In this document: positions 20,021 to 27,792 of the stretch, in pieces
Layout: each line of letters opens with the position of its first letter
Numbering within the stretch: the first letter of the stretch is position 1
Assembly (NCBI GenBank): GCA_017467585.1
Contig: JAFUSR010000004.1
Location: forward strand, 434,178 to 498,177
Reading direction: 5' to 3'
DNA: 64,000 nt
DNA from: Clostridia bacterium
GTDB lineage: Bacteria; Bacillota; Clostridia; Christensenellales; UBA1242
Notes under the pieces: model-generated
The model's database searches: none
Told to the model about the DNA's origin: nothing
The model's input: only the letters and a program-made list of their open reading frames with translations
Made by a program: the position numbers and the translations under genes

Positions 20021-20049
20021 TTGACAAAATTATGTTCTAGTGATAGAAT
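20021..20049 (+). promoter_or_regulatory. SigA-type promoter of rpsU (TTGACA-17-TAGAAT, TG-extended)
   Basis: TTGACA 20021-20026, 17-nt spacer ending in TGA, TAGAAT 20044-20049. Confidence 0.6.
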
Positions 20050-20089
20050 ACCAATCGAAAAAGCAACCGCAAGAGGAGGTGAAACAAGC

Positions 20090-20269
20090 ATGTCAACCGT
20101 TAAAGTAGGTGAAAACGAAAACGTTGAAAGTGCAATTAAACGCTTTAAACGCAAATGTCAAAAAGATGGTATCATTGGTGATATCCGCAAACGTGAAGCA
20201 TATGTAAAACCTTCTGTTGCAAAAAAGAAAAAGAGCGAAGCAGCAAGAAAACGTGCTCGCAAAGGCTAA
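20090..20269 (+). CDS. rpsU: 30S ribosomal protein bS21
   Basis: 59 aa from ATG 20090 (GAGGAGGTG upstream). Basic. [20 protein letters not shown]. Confidence 0.9.
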   Translation: MSTVKVGENENVESAIKRFKRKCQKDGIIGDIRKREAYVKPSVAKKKKSEAARKRARKG

Positions 20270-20315
20270 AAAAAAGAACTGGCAAGGTTAAAGACTTTTG
20301 AAACTTGCAGAATAC

Positions 20316-20353
20316 AAAAGAGCCAAATATAATATCATTTGACTCTTTTTTTT
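20316..20353. terminator. Bidirectional terminator between rpsU and the convergent sirtuin gene
   Basis: AAAAGAGCCAAAT/ATTTGACTCTTTT stem (one mismatch), 8-nt loop, T-run on the + strand. Confidence 0.6.
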
Positions 20354-20354
20354 G

Positions 20355-21200
20355 TTATCTCAAATCTTTTAATATTTTCATTGTATCTTCATCAAAGCAA
20401 ATTGTTTTGCTTGATATTTCTTCACTTGCTATTGGATAATCTTTATTTATGCGAATAAGATTAAAGTTTTTGTTTTGATAAACCATTCTTTCAAATGGAT
20501 ATTTGATTATTGCAGGAGTATTATAACCAACCCCAATTTCAATTAAAACAACTTTTTTATCTTTTATTTTGTCAAGAAATTCTTGATAGAATTCAGCGTG
20601 CTCATACCAGCCAGCGTCTTGAACAAACTTGTCATCTGCTCTTAAATTCATTTCCATATTTCTGCCACAAACAGGGCATTTTGGAATAAGGTCGCTTGGA
20701 ATTTTGCCGTCCTTTTGCTCAAAATACATTTTTTCAATAAGTTCTTTGTTGTCATAAGTTTTATCGTGGCAAGGAACAGAACATTGAAACAAGCCATAAT
20801 CGCCTTGTGTGTAAAATAGCTTATTTTTGTCAAATCCAGCAATTTGAAATTGATGGTCAACGTTTGTTGTAATGACAAAGTAATCTTTGTCTTTTACTAA
20901 ATCAAAAAGTTTTGAGTATGCTTTGTTTGGTGTTTGCTCCAAATATCTATTTATATAAACATATCTTGACCAATAAGCCCATCGTTCTTCTTCTGTTTTG
21001 TAAGGATAAAATCCACCAGCATACATATCTTTGAAACCATATTTTTCACTAAAATCTTTGAAATACTTATCAAACTTTTCGCCAGAATATTCAAATCCGC
21101 CAGCAGTTGAAAGTCCAGCACCTGCGCCAATCAAAATATAATCTGCATTTGCGATAATTTGTTTTGCTTTTTCAATTCTATCTTTGTAATTTTCTTTCAT
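20355..21200 (-). CDS. Class M sirtuin-like (SirTM-type) NAD-dependent protein ADP-ribosyltransferase
   Basis: 281 aa. GAGAGLSTAGG NAD loop, TTNVDHQF with catalytic His, Zn site FQCSVPC ... KCPVCG. Overlaps the upstream macro gene. Confidence 0.7.
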   Translation of the reverse strand: MKENYKDRIEKAKQIIANADYILIGAGAGLSTAGGFEYSGEKFDKYFKDFSEKYGFKDMYAGGFYPYKTEEERWAYWSRYVYINRYLEQTPNKAYSKLFDLVKDKDYFVITTNVDHQFQIAGFDKNKLFYTQGDYGLFQCSVPCHDKTYDNKELIEKMYFEQKDGKIPSDLIPKCPVCGRNMEMNLRADDKFVQDAGWYEHAEFYQEFLDKIKDKKVVLIEIGVGYNTPAIIKYPFERMVYQNKNFNLIRINKDYPIASEEISSKTICFDEDTMKILKDLR

Positions 21201-22020
21201 ATAAACTCCTATCTATATCTTTAAAAACATTAAACACGACTTTTATATCATACTTATTTTCTTTAAGCCAATTTTTTACTGTATCAACCGCAATGTCGCA
21301 GGCAATGTCATTTGGGAACATAAACTCGCCAGTGGAAATACAACAGAATGCAATAGATTTTAAGTTCATTTCTTTTGCGAGTTCTAGTGAACTTATATAA
21401 CAATTTGCAAGGTCTTGTTTATCTTTTTCTGTGAGTTTGCCATAAATACAAGGGCCAACAGTATGAATTATATATTTACTTGGCAAGTTATAGGCATTTG
21501 TAATCTTTGCTTTTCCATTAGGTTCTTCGTGGCCTTGTTTTTGCATTATTACATTAAGGTCATTTCTCACCTGAAACCCAGCAGCTGAAATGATGATATT
21601 GTCTATGCAAGAATGGAGTGGAATAAAACAACCAAGAAGCTGATTGTTGCCTGCGTTAACGATGGCATCAACAGCCATTGTTGTAATATCTCCTTGAAAA
21701 ACTGCAATATTTTCATCAAAATTTAGGTCATTTAATGTAATTTTGCGTTTTTCATTTGTTTCGCTTGAAAGTAATTTGTCTTGAAGTTCAAAAAAATCTA
21801 TGCCAAAGTCAAATGGTGGAATTTGATTAAGTATCGCTCTTAGCCAAATCCTTTTCTTATCAAAACCCACAGAAAAATCAACATTTACTGAAAAGTTTTG
21901 CTTAATTATTTTTAGCAAACTATCAACAATATTTTCTTTTTCCACGACAGACAAAACCAAAGTGGATTTTTCTTTTGGCCCTAAATCTATTAAGTTTTTG
22001 TAATCTTTTAATTCTATCAT
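21178..22020 (-). CDS. Macro-domain protein-ADP-ribose hydrolase (SirTM-associated type)
   Basis: 280 aa. VFQGDITTMAVDAIVNAGNNQLLGC, HSCIDNIIISAAG, GKAKITNAYNLPSKYIIHTVGP, AFCCISTGEF. Confidence 0.8.
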   Translation of the reverse strand: MIELKDYKNLIDLGPKEKSTLVLSVVEKENIVDSLLKIIKQNFSVNVDFSVGFDKKRIWLRAILNQIPPFDFGIDFFELQDKLLSSETNEKRKITLNDLNFDENIAVFQGDITTMAVDAIVNAGNNQLLGCFIPLHSCIDNIIISAAGFQVRNDLNVIMQKQGHEEPNGKAKITNAYNLPSKYIIHTVGPCIYGKLTEKDKQDLANCYISSLELAKEMNLKSIAFCCISTGEFMFPNDIACDIAVDTVKNWLKENKYDIKVVFNVFKDIDRSLYERKLQR

Positions 22021-22029
22021 ATTACACCT

Positions 22030-22608
22030 TTATTGTATTTTTATAAACAAATCTTCTTTGAGTGTTTTTCTTGCACCTTTTTCCATAATGCCAAAACCAA
22101 TTTTATACATATCTTCAAGTGGAATTATTTCACTTGCAAAAGTTGATAAGAGAATTTCAATCATACCATTCAAAAATGCGTTTGATATATCATCTTTAAC
22201 CTGATTGCCTGTTGTTTGTTCTAGGCCAATATCCTTTGCAAACTCTCGTTTTATTATTTCCCTATACTCAATCGCAAAATCTCCACCTCGTTGTTCCATA
22301 ACAAGTGGAATTAAAAACTTTCGGTTATTGTTGAAAAGATTTCTTAAGTCTATTGTTAGTTTGTTGAACTCTTTATCCTTTCTGTTTTGATTATTAAGAG
22401 TTTGTTCTAAAAGATTTATTTGATTTTCTTTTATTGAATTTAAAACATCATCTAAATTATCAAAATAAAAATAAAATGTTGATTTATGAACTTTTGCTTT
22501 CTCTATAACATTTGTTATTGTAAGTTTTTCTTCTTTTATAAACAAATCCCAATAAGCATTTTCAATTTTTGTGATTGCCCGCTGTCTTGCTTTTGAATAT
22601 TCAGCCAT
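22030..22608 (-). CDS. TetR/AcrR family transcriptional regulator
   Basis: 192 aa. N-terminal HTH (ITNVIEKAKVHKSTFYFYFDN). 9 nt upstream of the macro gene, so a three-gene operon. Confidence 0.8.
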   Translation of the reverse strand: MAEYSKARQRAITKIENAYWDLFIKEEKLTITNVIEKAKVHKSTFYFYFDNLDDVLNSIKENQINLLEQTLNNQNRKDKEFNKLTIDLRNLFNNNRKFLIPLVMEQRGGDFAIEYREIIKREFAKDIGLEQTTGNQVKDDISNAFLNGMIEILLSTFASEIIPLEDMYKIGFGIMEKGARKTLKEDLFIKIQ

Positions 22609-22728
22609 AATTTCTCCTTAAATTTTTCATATTATATCAAAAATCCGACCATTTGTCTATTTTTGACTAACATTTTTCAAAAATAATTGGTAAAATTATA
22701 TTAGATTTATTAAAAGGAGGAAAATGAT

Positions 22729-22890
22729 ATGCCTTGCAAGAAAAAACCAGCACCTGCTTGTGGAACTGCTGACCCAAAGAAAACTGCTCCAGCTTGTGGA
22801 ACTGCTGACCCAAAACCAGCACCTGCTTGTGGTAGTGCAGACCCTAAGCCAGCACCTGCTTGTGGAACACAAGACCCAAAAAAGAAATAA
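22729..22890 (+). CDS. 53-aa tandem-repeat Cys peptide, candidate RiPP precursor (absent from the ORF track)
   Basis: ATG 22729 lies 8 nt after GGAGG (22716-22720). Reads MPCKKK PAPACGTADPK KTAPACGTADPK PAPACGSADPK PAPACGTQDPK KK. Immediately upstream of an rSAM/SPASM gene. Confidence 0.7.
   Translation: MPCKKKPAPACGTADPKKTAPACGTADPKPAPACGSADPKPAPACGTQDPKKK
22747..22881 (+). repeat. Four in-frame tandem repeats (33/36/33/33 nt) encoding PAPACGxxDPK
   Basis: Units at 22747-22779, 22780-22815, 22816-22848 and 22849-22881, differing mostly at synonymous or conservative positions. Confidence 0.9.
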
Positions 22891-22902
22891 CAAAACAAAA
22901 AG

Positions 22903-22942
22903 GTGCTAACTTATTTTTTGATGTAAGTTAGCACTATTTTTT
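22903..22942 (+). terminator. Hairpin plus T-tract between the peptide gene and the rSAM gene (partial terminator or attenuator)
   Basis: Perfect 11-bp stem GTGCTAACTTA/TAAGTTAGCAC (22903-22934) followed by TATTTTTT. The rSAM RBS follows directly. Confidence 0.6.
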
Positions 22943-22952
22943 AGAGGATTAT

Positions 22953-23993
22953 ATGAAAGATTATTTTGCTATTCAATGGCACATTACAGATTATTGCGAC
23001 CAGCGTTGCAAACATTGCTATATTTTTTCAGAAGGACACCCTTTTCTTGTAACAACTCCAATGGACAAACTCACACATATTTTGCAAGATATTCTCTCAT
23101 TGTGTGATAAAATAAACCGATTGCCATATATTTACTTGACTGGTGGAGACCCAATTTTGCACCCAAACTTTTGGCAACTTTTGGAGCTTTTTCATAAACA
23201 TAATGTGAGATTTGCAATTATGGGCAATCCATTCCATTTGACAGAAGAAAACTGCAAAAGAATGAGAGATTTGGGTTGTGTGAAATATCAAGTGTCACTT
23301 GATGGGCTAGAAAAAACTCACGATATGTTCCGAAAACCCGGAAGTTTTAAGGCAACACTTAAAGCCATTGACACAATCAAAAATTCTGGAATGTGGGTTG
23401 CCGTGATGTCAACAGTATCAAAGACAAATGCAAAAGAAATTCCAGAACTTATTGAACTTATGGATAAACTTGGCGTTGATGTTTATGCAGTTGGAAGATA
23501 TTGCCCAACAAACACCCACAAAGCTTATGACCCTAATATTCATATGGCACCACTTGAATATAAAGCATATATGGATAGTTGCTACGAAAAATATGAGAAA
23601 TTAAAAGATTCAAAAACAACCTATCAATTAAAAGACCATTTGTGGACACTCTACCTTTATGAAAAAGGATTGTTTAATCCACAAAAGGACTTGCCCAATA
23701 ATGCAATAATTGATGGTTGCAATATGGGAAGAAACCATATAACGATACTCCCAACTGGAGATGTTTACGCTTGCAGACGAATGGACTCAAAAGTTGGAAA
23801 TATATTTGAAAACGATTTATACACTTTGTGGACTAGCACAAAATATGATGAATACAGACAATATGACAAATTTATAAAATGCAACAAGTGTGAACTCAAA
23901 GCATATTGCAGAGGTTGCCCATCAGTTACTTTCGGTTACACTCACAATATGTATGACGCAGACCCACAATGTTGGAAGGAGATAAAAGAATGA
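22953..23993 (+). CDS. Radical SAM/SPASM-domain enzyme, candidate peptide maturase
   Basis: 346 aa. CDQRCKHC (Cx3Cx2C) at residues 15-22. C-terminal C-x12-G-x4-C and CNKCELKAYCRGC (Cx2Cx5Cx2C) plus a distal Cys, a SPASM-like pattern. Confidence 0.8.
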   Translation: MKDYFAIQWHITDYCDQRCKHCYIFSEGHPFLVTTPMDKLTHILQDILSLCDKINRLPYIYLTGGDPILHPNFWQLLELFHKHNVRFAIMGNPFHLTEENCKRMRDLGCVKYQVSLDGLEKTHDMFRKPGSFKATLKAIDTIKNSGMWVAVMSTVSKTNAKEIPELIELMDKLGVDVYAVGRYCPTNTHKAYDPNIHMAPLEYKAYMDSCYEKYEKLKDSKTTYQLKDHLWTLYLYEKGLFNPQKDLPNNAIIDGCNMGRNHITILPTGDVYACRRMDSKVGNIFENDLYTLWTSTKYDEYRQYDKFIKCNKCELKAYCRGCPSVTFGYTHNMYDADPQCWKEIKE

Positions 23994-24937
23994 AAGCTGT
24001 TGTATTTGATAAAATAACAAATAGTGATGACATTGTTTTAAGTGAGATTGAAAAACCAAAAGCAAAAAAAGGTTGGATTGTGGTCAAAGTCCTAGGATTT
24101 GGACTTAACCACTCTGAACTAATACTTCGAACAAATGAGATAAATGCCGATTACATTAAAAAGCCAATCGTTCCCGGGATTGAATGTGTTGGCGAGGTTG
24201 AAGAAAGTTTGGATAAAAATTTTAAACCCGGCGACAAAGTTTGCTCTATTATGGGTGGAATGGGCAGAAGTTTTAATGGAAGTTATGAAGAATATGCACT
24301 TTTGCCTGTGAACAAGGTTTTTCACATCAATTCAAAAATGGAAAGTAAATATTTGGCTGCTATTCCAGAAACATTTTTCACTGCATATGGCTCTCTTTTT
24401 GAATGTTTACAATTAAAAAAGGGAGAAACCTTGCTTATTCGTGGAGCAACTTGTGCTCTTGGATATGCGGCCATTCAACTTGGCTTGGCAGTGGGGGCAA
24501 AAGTTATTGGAACAACACACAAAAAAGAAAAAATGCACTTTGTAACTGACCTTGGTGCGCAGTGTATTTTGGATAATGGAACAATTGGTGGCACAGTTTA
24601 TGCAAACAAAGTTTTGGAACTTATTGGCCCTAAAACATTAAGGGACAGTATGCAATGTTTGTATCACGGCGGGATTTGTTGCAACACTGGTATTCTTGGC
24701 GGAGTTTACTATTTAGACGAATTTGACCCAATCAAGGAAATCCCAAACGGAACATACTTAACAGGATTTTTTTCAAACTATCCAACACAAGAAGATATGG
24801 ATAACATTTTCAAACTATTAGACAATGCAAACATAAAACCATTCATTGGGGCAAGCTTTAAGTTTAATGATATAAAAAAAGCAATAAAAGCTCAAGAAAA
24901 AGGTGTTGACGGAAAAATCGTTGTAACAATGGAGTAA
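23990..24937 (+). CDS. Medium-chain dehydrogenase/reductase (quinone oxidoreductase/ADH-like)
   Basis: ATG 23990 overlaps the rSAM stop (ATGA). GroES-like N-terminus and Rossmann segment IRGATCALGYAAIQLGLAVGAKVIG. Confidence 0.7.
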   Translation: MKAVVFDKITNSDDIVLSEIEKPKAKKGWIVVKVLGFGLNHSELILRTNEINADYIKKPIVPGIECVGEVEESLDKNFKPGDKVCSIMGGMGRSFNGSYEEYALLPVNKVFHINSKMESKYLAAIPETFFTAYGSLFECLQLKKGETLLIRGATCALGYAAIQLGLAVGAKVIGTTHKKEKMHFVTDLGAQCILDNGTIGGTVYANKVLELIGPKTLRDSMQCLYHGGICCNTGILGGVYYLDEFDPIKEIPNGTYLTGFFSNYPTQEDMDNIFKLLDNANIKPFIGASFKFNDIKKAIKAQEKGVDGKIVVTME

Positions 24938-24948
24938 AGGATAAGATT

Positions 24949-25827
24949 ATGGAAGATATTTCTTACAAATGTAATTTTGTTGTAGATAAAAGCAAGTGTA
25001 TAAAATGTGGCAAATGTAAAAATGTTTGCTCTGGAATGGTTATTGAATACGATAAACAAGGTTTTCCATACATCAAGCCATTTGAGCGCTTTGGTTGGCG
25101 TGGCTGTTGGAGATGTGAACACTGCCTTGCGGTTTGCCCTGTGGGAGCTATTTCAATCTTTAACAAAAAGCCAGAGAACTCACTCCCACCACCAGACAAA
25201 AACCTTGGCGAACAAATGGAAAGACTTGTCAAATTCCGCAGGTCTTGTAGAAGATTTTTGGATAAAAATGTTGAGCCAGAGATTATAGACAAAATTCTGT
25301 CGGCACTAGAAAATGCCCCAACTGGTGGAAATGCCCAAAATGTAGAATATACTGTGATAGATGACAAAGAACGAGTAAAACAAATTTGGAATGTTGCCTA
25401 TAAAAAAATGGATGAGCTTGCTCGTGAGCATATTTACACTCATAGTTTTAGTGATTTCTACTATAAAAAGATGAAGGAATCTGAAAAAACAGTCCGAAAA
25501 AATGATTTGCTTTTTTGTGGTGCTCCACATCTATTTATTGCTCACGAAAAATGCGTGGGCAAATGGGCAGAAGATAGCAAAAACAACTGCAACATAGCAA
25601 CTGCATATTTTGACCTGCTTGCAAATTCATTTGGTCTTGGAACGGTCATCATGTCATATTCAAGTGAAGTCCTAAACGAACTTGTTCCAGAAGCAAGAGA
25701 AATGCTAAACATTCCAAAAGACCACTTTACAGGTCTCATTGTTGGATTTGGTTATCCAGAGATAAAATATGCCCGTGGAACGCAGAAAAATAGAAAAGCA
25801 AAAATACATAGATACAGAAAAGAATAA
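24949..25827 (+). CDS. 2x[4Fe-4S] ferredoxin domain fused to a nitroreductase-family domain
   Basis: CIKCGKCKNVC and CEHCLAVCP motifs, then nitroreductase-like RRSCRRF, PTGGNAQN. Confidence 0.75.
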   Translation: MEDISYKCNFVVDKSKCIKCGKCKNVCSGMVIEYDKQGFPYIKPFERFGWRGCWRCEHCLAVCPVGAISIFNKKPENSLPPPDKNLGEQMERLVKFRRSCRRFLDKNVEPEIIDKILSALENAPTGGNAQNVEYTVIDDKERVKQIWNVAYKKMDELAREHIYTHSFSDFYYKKMKESEKTVRKNDLLFCGAPHLFIAHEKCVGKWAEDSKNNCNIATAYFDLLANSFGLGTVIMSYSSEVLNELVPEAREMLNIPKDHFTGLIVGFGYPEIKYARGTQKNRKAKIHRYRKE

Positions 25828-25831
25828 ATCA

Positions 25832-26001
25832 TGGCATTTAAACGTGTGCTTGTCTTGATACAAGTCGGTGTCGCTTTGCTCCACCGAAGACAAGCACACT
25901 CCTAAACAAAACTTGCTGAACTTAAACTGCTTGAATGGAAAATAACATGAGCGAAAAAGGCGTCCACATGCTGAAGCGATTGTGGTACGCCTTCTTTTTT
26001 T
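25832..26001 (+). ncRNA. Candidate structured RNA (or ssDNA-form element), copy 2, paralogous to 4236..4379
   Basis: Starts 5 nt after the nitroreductase stop. Core 25832-25897 matches the reverse complement of 4314-4379 at 64/66 positions. Ends in a 12-bp bulged hairpin (25957-25993) and CTTTTTTT. Confidence 0.4.
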
Positions 26002-26632
26002 GCTCATGTATATATTTTCACAGGAACATTCAAGCAGCAAACTATTCTCTAAAAACATTTGTTAACTCTTGTTTTTATTTGCGAATACTTGTAAATAGTT
26101 GTGCCCAGTACATGGTATTTTCTATTTTTTCGTGATACTCTCAAATTGCCTTAGCGAACAAGTACACATAAAGTAAGCATAAATTCAGCATACTTTCCTT
26201 ATTTGGGTACTTCACATTCCGTATATCTTTATGCTAAGGTAAAATCGCTTTTAGTTGAAAGTCGACTAACTAAAAGCTAAGTAATATCAAATGAAATCAA
26301 AAACAAGGCATATAAACATCAAGAAGATGTCAAATAATGTCATTCACTTTTTGACTTTTAAATGATATTACTAAATTGTGTTTTTAATTGGTGCACAAGT
26401 TAAAAATGCAAAAACTGAATAAAAAGGACAACGCAAATGTTTAACAAATTAGAATTAGAATAGAGTTGGTTAAGTTTAGTTAAAAAGAATTCGTGTCGCA
26501 CAATGGCATATTAAAAAAATCACCTACCCAACCTTAGGGGAAATATAAGGCAGTTAACATTTTGGCGTAGAAAAAATAATCTTTTTCTATGTCTTTTTTA
26601 ATTCCCAAAAATCTAAAAAAGGAGTTAAAAAA

Positions 26633-26761
26633 ATGCAAAAAACAACTAACGAAATCAAAAATGTGCTAGATTTATCGCTTATTAACCATGAGTTTATTGT
26701 TGCCATGCTGAATTTAATCCTTAAAGAAAAGGAGAAGCAAAATGGACTATCAAGAAACTAA
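26633..26761 (+). CDS. Possible 42-aa small ORF upstream of rep
   Basis: AAGGAG 7 nt upstream. MQKTTNEIKNVLDLSLINHEFIVAMLNLILKEKEKQNGLSRN. Overlaps the rep start. No homology recognised. Confidence 0.25.
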   Translation: MQKTTNEIKNVLDLSLINHEFIVAMLNLILKEKEKQNGLSRN

Positions 26762-27617
26762 AGTATATTTCGATGGTAGTCACTATATTGGCATACCAAA
26801 AACGACTCAAAGTTGGAAAAAGAAAAAGCATAAATCAGCAAACCCTACTGAAACAGAATCGAAAGTTAAAGAAATGTTAAACGAATGTACTGATGAAACT
26901 AGAAAGGAAAAGAAAGAACGAATTGTAAATGAACTGAACGAAAAAGTAAAAGATATTGAACAAACTGAACAGATTGTAAATAAAGTAATTGAAAAAGAAA
27001 AACGAAATCGTATTGTTAGACTCACGAGATTATTCAGAAAAGCCAATTTGCAAGAATGGAACTACTTTTGTACTTTCACTTATGATTCCACAAAACTTAC
27101 TGAACAAGAATTTAGAGTTAAATTTCTAAATTGCTTAAGACATCTATCCACTCGCAAAGGTTGGAAATATATTGGTGTCTTTGAAATAAGCCCTGAACAG
27201 AAAAGATTACATTTTCATGGAATATTTGTAATAGCCGAAATGGTTGGCGAATTAAAAGAAACTAAAGATTATTCAACCAGAACTCATCAAATGCAAATTA
27301 CACACCAAAACATATTCTTTTTGGAGAGATTTGGAAGAAATGACTTTAGCAAAATAGAAAATGACAACCATACTCAAGAAGCTATTATGTATATGCTCAA
27401 ATATATTAGAAAAACTGGTGAAAAAGTAATCTATTCAAAGCACTTACAGACATTTTTTATAACAGATATACTCGAAGATGATGTTGTTTGCACTATCGGA
27501 CAAGAAGATAGAAAAATACTACTATTTGACAACTTTAGATGTTTGGATTTTTCCACTGGAGAGGTTTTAGGAACTGTTAGCAAAGAGTTAATAAATAAGC
27601 TACCAAAGGGTTATTAA
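26742..27617 (+). CDS. HUH-superfamily rolling-circle replication initiator-like protein
   Basis: 291 aa. Motif I FCTFTYD, motif II (HUH) LHFHGIFV, motif III YMLKYIRK, in canonical order. Confidence 0.7.
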   Translation: MDYQETKVYFDGSHYIGIPKTTQSWKKKKHKSANPTETESKVKEMLNECTDETRKEKKERIVNELNEKVKDIEQTEQIVNKVIEKEKRNRIVRLTRLFRKANLQEWNYFCTFTYDSTKLTEQEFRVKFLNCLRHLSTRKGWKYIGVFEISPEQKRLHFHGIFVIAEMVGELKETKDYSTRTHQMQITHQNIFFLERFGRNDFSKIENDNHTQEAIMYMLKYIRKTGEKVIYSKHLQTFFITDILEDDVVCTIGQEDRKILLFDNFRCLDFSTGEVLGTVSKELINKLPKGY

Positions 27618-27792
27618 TCTTTCGCCCGCGAATTGTGCACAAAAACTCTTAGTTATCAAGGGTAAATTGTATTGCTTTTCGCAACCCTTGACAACTAAAG
27701 AAAGATTATAACTCTTTAAAATATTTATCCCTTTTTGTTCTTTCGCTGGGTATCGAAAGATAAATAAAAAAAATAAAAGGAGATAAAACCAA

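Noticed and set aside
20355-21200. The Sir2-family gene considered as an antiphage NADase (Thoeris, DSR or HerA-type defence)
   Set aside because: It is a small single-domain sirtuin that overlaps a SirTM-type macro hydrolase gene. It has no SLOG, TIR, HerA or large N-terminal sensor domain. The reversible ADP-ribosylation pair is the simpler reading.
22747-22881. The four 33-36-nt direct repeats considered as a mini CRISPR array or non-coding tandem repeat
   Set aside because: The repeats are contiguous with no spacers, the unit length is a multiple of 3, and variation is codon-wise. They are coding.
22696-22898. Two antisense track ORFs (65 and 62 aa) with repetitive Ser/Trp or Gly/Ala-rich products
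   Set aside because: These are by-products of the tandem repeat read on the opposite strand. They have no RBS and overlap the better-supported + strand gene.
22724-22909. Track ORF of 61 aa (MICLARKNQHLL...) over the repeat region
   Set aside because: Its ATG is only 3 nt from the GGAGG, and the product is a frame-shifted reading of the 33-nt repeats. The +2 frame from ATG 22729 has proper RBS spacing and gives a clean in-frame peptide repeat next to an rSAM gene.
25832-25852. TGGCA..TGTGC at the start of the conserved element considered as a sigma-54 (-24/-12) promoter
   Set aside because: The spacing between the GG and GC dinucleotides is 3 nt too long relative to TGGCAC-N5-TTGC. No enhancer-binding protein gene is nearby.
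4314-25897. The inverted ~66-nt near-identical repeats considered as the ends of a 21.6-kb invertible or transposable segment
   Set aside because: The enclosed DNA is core housekeeping (lepA, dnaK operon, rpsU) in native orientation and order. The copies look like self-contained hairpin-plus-terminator units. Homologous inversion remains possible but has no support in the sequence.
25705-26135. Track ORFs 25705..26058 (-) and 25935..26135 (+)
   Set aside because: They overlap the 3' end of the nitroreductase gene and run across the conserved hairpins and the terminator. They have no RBS and no conservation with the equivalent region of copy 1.
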